Positions 60,701-64,000 of a DNA stretch of 64,000 nucleotides are shown in pieces. The first letter of the stretch is position 1. Every line of letters starts with the position of its first letter. This DNA comes from Candidatus Eiseniibacteriota bacterium (lineage in GTDB: Bacteria; Eisenbacteria; RBG-16-71-46; CAZAMP01). The DNA lies in NCBI GenBank assembly GCA_965224245.1, contig OZ245046.1:1184001-1248000 (forward strand), read 5' to 3'. The notes beneath the pieces were generated by a model. It was not told where the DNA came from and did not search any database. It saw only the letters and a list, made by a program, of their open reading frames with translations. Both the position numbers and the translations under genes were made by a program.

Positions 60701-63700
60701 GGCGCCGACGATGACCAGGTCCTTGCCACCGAGGTCGAGATCGCGGTTGCCGGCCCCCACGAACGTGCCGTCACCCAGCGAGAGGGTGTCGCCGGCGAGC
60801 GCAGCATCGATGCCCGCCTGGAGGGTGGGGAAGTCCCCCAGCCCATCGGGGGTGATGCTGTACGCCAGGGAGATCGCGGCACAGCCGACGCCCAGCGCGC
60901 CGACGTCCCCGCCGCAGCTCGCACCGCCGGGGTGGCTGCCGTCCACGCACGGGGAGTTGGCGGCGAGCGTGTAGTCCCCGGCACCGGCGTCACAGAACCG
61001 CGGATCGGCGGAGAAGTTGTCGTCGATCGCGTCGTCACCGGCCAGGCAGCCCACCCAGTCCCCGGCCGCGTTGCCGAACACGTCCGAGCAGGAGAGGGTC
61101 ACGTCCCCGGTGCCGGCACAGGCCACGGGCTCGCTGGTGAGGTTACCGGCGATCAGTACCCGGGTACCGGTGAGGGTGGCATCGGTGGCCATGATCGCCG
61201 CCCCCGCGGGGGCGTCGTTGTCGACGAACGTGCACGCCTCGAGCGTCAGGTCCGAGCCCATCGCGGCCGACAGCGCACCGCCGGAGACCTCGGCGGTGTT
61301 GCCGTGGAACACCAGGCGGCGCAGCGTCGGCGTCGAGGTCGTGTCGGCCAGGATCGCCCCCCCGGAGGCCGTCGTGTAGCCGCCGGTGAGCGTGAGGCTC
61401 TCGATGACGGTCGCGCTCGTCTCACCCGAGTGGAAGGTGAACACCCGGTGCGGATCACCCGACGATCCCTGGGCGTCGATCACCACCGACGCGGGATCGC
61501 CGCTGGCGCCGACGATGACCAGGTCCTTGCCACCGAGGTCGAGATCGCGGTTGCCGGCGCCGACGAACGTGCCGTCGCCCAGCGAGAGGGTGTCGCCGGC
61601 CAGCGCAGCATCGATGCCCGCCTGGAGGGTCGGGAAGTCCCCCAGTCCATCAGGGGTGATCACGAAGACCTGCTGGTCCGCGGCACAGCCGACGCCCAGC
61701 GCGCCGACGTCCCCGCCGCAGCTCGCACCGCCCGGGTGGCTGCCGTCCACGCACGGGGAGTTGGCGGCGAGGGTGTAGTCGGCGGCGCCGGCATCGCAGA
61801 ACCGCGGGTCGGCGGAGAAGTTGTCGTCGATCGCGTCATCACCGGCCAGGCAGCCCACCCAGTCCCCGGCCGCGTTGCCGAACACGTCCGAGCAGGAGAG
61901 GCTCACGTCCCCGGTGCCCGCGCACCCCACGGGCTCGCCGGTGAGGTTACCGGCGATCAGTACCCGGGTACCCGACGGCACCGCATCGGTGGCCATGATC
62001 GCCGCCCCCACGGGAGCGTCGTTCTCGACGAACGTGCACGCCTCGAGCGTCAGGTCCGAGCCCATCGCGGCCGACAGCGCACCGCCGGAGACCTCGGCCG
62101 TGTTGCCGTGGAACAGCAGGCGACGCAGCGTCGGCGTCGAGGTCGTGTCGGCCAGGATCGCCCCCCCGGAGGCCGTCGTGTAGCCGCCGGTGAGCGTGAG
62201 GCTCTCGATGATGGTGGCGCTCGTCTCACCCGAGTGGAAGGTGAACACCCGGTGCGGATCACCCGACGATCCCTGGGCGTCGATCACCACCGACGCGGGA
62301 TCGCCACTGGCGCCGACGATGACCAGGTCCTTGCCACCGAGGTCGAGGTCGCGGTTGCCGGCGCCGACGAACGTGCCGTCGCCCAGCGAGAGGGTGTCGC
62401 CGGCCAGCGCGGCATCGATGCCCGCCTGGAGCGTCGGGAAGTCCCCCAGCCCATCAGGGGTGATCACGAAGACCTGCTGGTCCGCCGCACACCCGACGCT
62501 GTGCGCGCCGACGTCCCCGCCGCAGCTCGCACCGCCCGGGTGGCTGCCGTCCACGCACGGGGAGTTGGCGGCGAGCGTGTAGTCCCCGGCACCGGCGTCA
62601 CAGAACCGCGGATCGGCGGAGAAGTTGTCGTCGATCGCGTCGTCACCGGCCAGGCAGCCCACCCAGTCCCCGGCCGCGTTGCCGAACACGTCCGAGCAGG
62701 AGAGGCTCACGTCCCCGGTGCCCGCGCACCCCACGGGCTCGCCGGTGAGGTTACCGGCGATCAGTACCCGGGTACCGGTGAGGGTGGCATCGGTGGCCAT
62801 GATCGCCGCCCCCACGGGAGCGTCGTTGTCGACGAACGTGCACGCCTCGAGCGTCAGGTCCGAGCCCATCGCGGCCGACAGCGCACCGCCGGAGACCTCG
62901 GCGGTGTTGCCGTGGAACACCAGGCGGCGCAGCGTCGGCGTCGAGGTCGTGTCGGCCAGGATCGCCCCCCCGGAGGCCGTCGTGTAGCCGCCGGTGAGCG
63001 TGAGGCTCTCGATGACGGTCGCGCTCGTCTCACCCGAGTGGAACACGAAGGCCCGGTGCGGATCACCCGAGGATCCCTGGGCGTCGAGGATGACGGCCGC
63101 CGCATCGCCACTGGCGCCGACGATGACCAGGTCCTTGCCGCCGAGGTCGAGATCGCGGTTGCCGGCCCCCACGAACGTGCCGTCGCCCAGCGAGAGGGTG
63201 TCGCCGGCGAGCGCAGCATCGATGCCGGCCTGGAGGGTGGGGAAGTCCCCCAGCCCATCGGGGGTGATCACGAAGACCTGCTGGTCCGCGGCACAGCCGA
63301 CGCCCAGCGCGCCGACGTCCCCGCCGCAGCTCGCACCGCCGGGGTGGCTGCCGTCCACGCACGGGGAGTTGGCGGCGAGCGTGTAGTCCCCGGCACCGGC
63401 ATCGCAGAACCGCGGGTCGGCGGAGAAGTTGTCGTCGATCGCGTCATCACCGGCCAGGCAACCCACCCAGTCCCCGGCCGCATTGCCGAACACGTCCGAG
63501 CAGGAGAGGCTCACGTCCCCGGTGCCCGCACAGGCCACGGGCTCGCCGGTGAGGTTACCGGCGATCAGTACCCGGGTACCCGACGGCACCGCATCGGTGG
63601 CCATGATCGCCGCCCCCACGGGAGCGTCGTTCTCGACGAACGTGCACGCCTCGAGCGTCAGGTCCGAGCCCATCGCGGCCGACAGCGCACCGCCGGAGAC

Positions 63701-64000
63701 CTCGGCGGTGTTGCCGTGGAACACCAACCGGCGCAGCGTCGGCGTCGAGGTCGTATCGGCGAGGACCGCACCCCCGGAGCTGGTCGTGTAGCCGCCGGTG
63801 AGCGTGAGGCTCTCGATGACGGTCGCGCTCGTCTCACCCGAGTGGAACACGAAGGCCCGGTGCGGATCACCCGAGGATCCCTGGGCGTCGAGGATGACGG
63901 CCGCCGCATCGCCACTGGCGCCGACGATGACCAGGTCCTTGCCGCCGAGGTCGAGATCGCGGTTGCCGGCGCCGACGAACGTGCCGTCGCCCAGCGAGAG
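54737..64000 (-). CDS. Giant secreted right-handed beta-helix (pectin-lyase-like) repeat protein with FlgD/T9SS-like CTD, 5'-truncated (>3080 aa)
   Basis: Frame is open to the window edge. 268-aa repeats (GDFPTLQAGID..GDT..GGA..F.GN.A..NFSADPRFC); DNDQGRQI..YSVDNLAP domain; CTD GPNP..LYDVGGREV. Confidence 0.9.
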   Translation of the reverse strand, partial: LSLGDGTFVGAGNRDLDLGGKDLVIVGASGDAAAVILDAQGSSGDPHRAFVFHSGETSATVIESLTLTGGYTTSSGGAVLADTTSTPTLRRLVFHGNTAEVSGGALSAAMGSDLTLEACTFVENDAPVGAAIMATDAVPSGTRVLIAGNLTGEPVACAGTGDVSLSCSDVFGNAAGDWVGCLAGDDAIDDNFSADPRFCDAGAGDYTLAANSPCVDGSHPGGASCGGDVGALGVGCAADQQVFVITPDGLGDFPTLQAGIDAALAGDTLSLGDGTFVGAGNRDLDLGGKDLVIVGASGDAAAVILDAQGSSGDPHRAFVFHSGETSATVIESLTLTGGYTTASGGAILADTTSTPTLRRLVFHGNTAEVSGGALSAAMGSDLTLEACTFVDNDAPVGAAIMATDATLTGTRVLIAGNLTGEPVGCAGTGDVSLSCSDVFGNAAGDWVGCLAGDDAIDDNFSADPRFCDAGAGDYTLAANSPCVDGSHPGGASCGGDVGAHSVGCAADQQVFVITPDGLGDFPTLQAGIDAALAGDTLSLGDGTFVGAGNRDLDLGGKDLVIVGASGDPASVVIDAQGSSGDPHRVFTFHSGETSATIIESLTLTGGYTTASGGAILADTTSTPTLRRLLFHGNTAEVSGGALSAAMGSDLTLEACTFVENDAPVGAAIMATDAVPSGTRVLIAGNLTGEPVGCAGTGDVSLSCSDVFGNAAGDWVGCLAGDDAIDDNFSADPRFCDAGAADYTLAANSPCVDGSHPGGASCGGDVGALGVGCAADQQVFVITPDGLGDFPTLQAGIDAALAGDTLSLGDGTFVGAGNRDLDLGGKDLVIVGASGDPASVVIDAQGSSGDPHRVFTFHSGETSATVIESLTLTGGYTTASGGAILADTTSTPTLRRLVFHGNTAEVSGGALSAAMGSDLTLEACTFVDNDAPAGAAIMATDATLTGTRVLIAGNLTSEPVACAGTGDVTLSCSDVFGNAAGDWVGCLAGDDAIDDNFSADPRFCDAGAGDYTLAANSPCVDGSHPGGASCGGDVGALGVGCAAISLAYSITPDGLGDFPTLQAGIDAALAGDTLSLGDGTFVGAGNRDLDLGGKDLVIVGASGDPASVVIDAQGSSGDPHRVFTFHSGETSATVIESLTLTGGYTTASGGAILADTTSTPTLRRLVFHGNTAEVSGGALSAAMGSDLTLEACTFVENDAPVGAAIMATDAVPSGTRVLIAGNLTGEPVGCAGTGDVSLSCSDVFGNAAGDWVGCLAGDDAIDDNFSADPRFCDAGAGDYTLAANSPCVDGSHPGGASCGGDVGALGVGCAAISLAYSITPDGLGDFPTLQAGIDAALAGDTLSLGDGTFVGAGNRDLDLGGKDLVIVGASGDAAAVILDAQGSSGDPHRAFVFHSGETSATVIESLTLTGGYTTSSGGAVLADTTSTPTLRRLVFHGNTAEVSGGALAALMGSDVALEACTFVDNDAPVGAAIMATDAVPSGTRVLIAGNLTGEPVGCAGTGDVSLSCSDVFGNAAGDWVGCLAGDDAIDDNFSADPRFCDAGAGDYTLAANSPCVDGSHPGGASCGGDVGALGVGCAADQQVFVITPDGLGDFPTLQAGIDAALAGDTLSLGDGTFVGAGNRDLDLGGKDLVIVGASGDPASVVIDAQGSSGDPHRAFTFHSGETSATVIESLTLTGGYTTASGGAILADTTSTPTLRRLVFHGNTAEVSGGALSAAMGSDLTLEACTFVDNDAPVGAAIMATDAVPSGTRVLIAGNLTGEPVGCAGTGDVSLSCSDVFGNAAGDWVGCLAGDDAIDDNFSADPRFCDAGAGDYTLAANSPCVDGSHPGGASCGGDVGALGVGCAADQQVFVITPDGLGDFPTLQAGIDAALAGDTLSLGDGTFVGAGNRDLDLGGKDLVIVGASGDPASVVIDAQGSSGDPHRVFTFHSGETSATVIESLTLTGGYTTASGGAILADTTSTPTLRRLVFHGNTAEVSGGALSAAMGSDLTLEACTFVENDAPVGAAIMATDAVPSGTRVLIAGNLTGEPVGCAGTGDVSLSCSDVFGNAAGDWVGCLAGDDAIDDNFSADPRFCDAGAGDYTLAANSPCVDGSHPGGASCGGDVGALGVGCAADQQVFVITPDGLGDFPTLQAGIDAALAGDTLSLGDGTFVGAGNRDLDLGGKDLVIVGASGDAASVVIDAQGSSGDPHRVFTFHSGETSATLIANVTLTGGYTTSSGGAILADTTSTPTLRRLVFHGNTAEVSGGALACAQSSDVVIESCTFYGNAAPSGGAIHGQDSSPTLSSTLIAENTAGGAVACSGTSEPTLACSNVFGNLGGDWVDCIALQDTLSSNFSADPLFCDAPANDLSLAENSPCLPGNHPAGESCGVIGALGQGCDVIVPRTWFVTDDGLGDAPTIQAAIDSARAGDDVLVEAGSYTWTSQSSSGPSMLTMKSGVLLHSTSGSALTTVDAEGQGRCLDLSGVDSTGVVVGFAFTGGAAVDGAGMRVDGGNPIVRSSRFYENAATRDGGGAYLSSGASPTLEDNRFDGNTADRYGGAIASFSSSLSLLRDAVDTNVATARGGGLYLVFSTLDADSVTISGNDAGVGLGGGTYIFGEGATEAASQAFTACTFSGNSAFYGGGVYARGASQGGSGTTFDACVFDTNAADAQGGGVLCFNQSHLAFQGCTFYANRAGTGAHVRAVGDSDPVLSQSILSFATIGDAISCSDVVDEPQISCCDVYGNAGGDALCGADLGGNFSLDPEFINAAAGDFHLLGSSPCLPGNHPSGASCGLIGAFGLADALPLLLSLEDVDNDQGRQIRLKWQRSFYDAPDDGVDVLGYELYRRQDLFRKGARLEGWDYVSTVPAHGEAIYQTVAPTLCDSTIADGQCFSVFFVRATTDDPLTFFDSPPDSGYSVDNLAPDPPAGLAFTTPVLLEWEAASEADFDTYTIYGSESEELDPEATLLGQTSEPLFDITGTSFAFYHVTTSDFSGNESDASSIGGVVGVDELPLPTVFALRRAGPNPARGWTLIAYDLPEPAPVRLSLYDVGGREVARLVDARQAAGRYEIQWDRRDARGAHLPAGVYFLTWRAGTHDATRRLVFLD
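57250..64000 (-). repeat. Intragenic tandem array, 804-bp unit, about 8.4 near-identical copies visible
   Basis: Equivalent positions recur at 57801, 58605, 59409, 60213, 61017, 61821, 62625 and 63429, exactly 804 bp apart. Confidence 0.95.

Noticed and set aside
57250-64000. Possible CRISPR array or diversity-generating retroelement in the repeat region
   Set aside because: Units are 804-bp in-frame coding repeats with no unique spacers, and no cas or reverse transcriptase gene is in the window.

Overview
High-GC bacterial chromosomal window with about 40 CDSs. I found no rRNA, tRNA, CRISPR array or recognisable mobile element. Eleven predicted secreted proteins end in a FlgD-Ig/T9SS-CTD-like domain, which suggests an FCB-associated lineage such as Eisenbacteria, Krumholzibacteria or Latescibacteria (inference). 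Housekeeping genes include gltX-glnS-ispG, scoA/scoB, pruA, tonB-like/exbB/exbD and an RRM protein. The most notable features are: (1) a HlyD-adaptor/VTC-domain/DUF4956 operon next to a secreted CotH kinase, a kinase-less lamin-tail paralogue and a DUF5916 barrel, a candidate polyphosphate-export and extracellular-phosphorylation system; (2) a split, order-permuted vitamin-K-dependent gamma-carboxylase (HTTM) homologue; (3) a kinase-associated-type ECF sigma factor facing a stand-alone copy of the kinase N-terminal module; (4) a giant protein (>3000 aa, 5'-truncated) built from mosaic 804-bp tandem repeats; (5) a tandem palindromic operator upstream of DUF2089; (6) a 47-nt dual-coding scoA/scoB overlap. 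All family assignments come from motif recognition by eye, not database searches.
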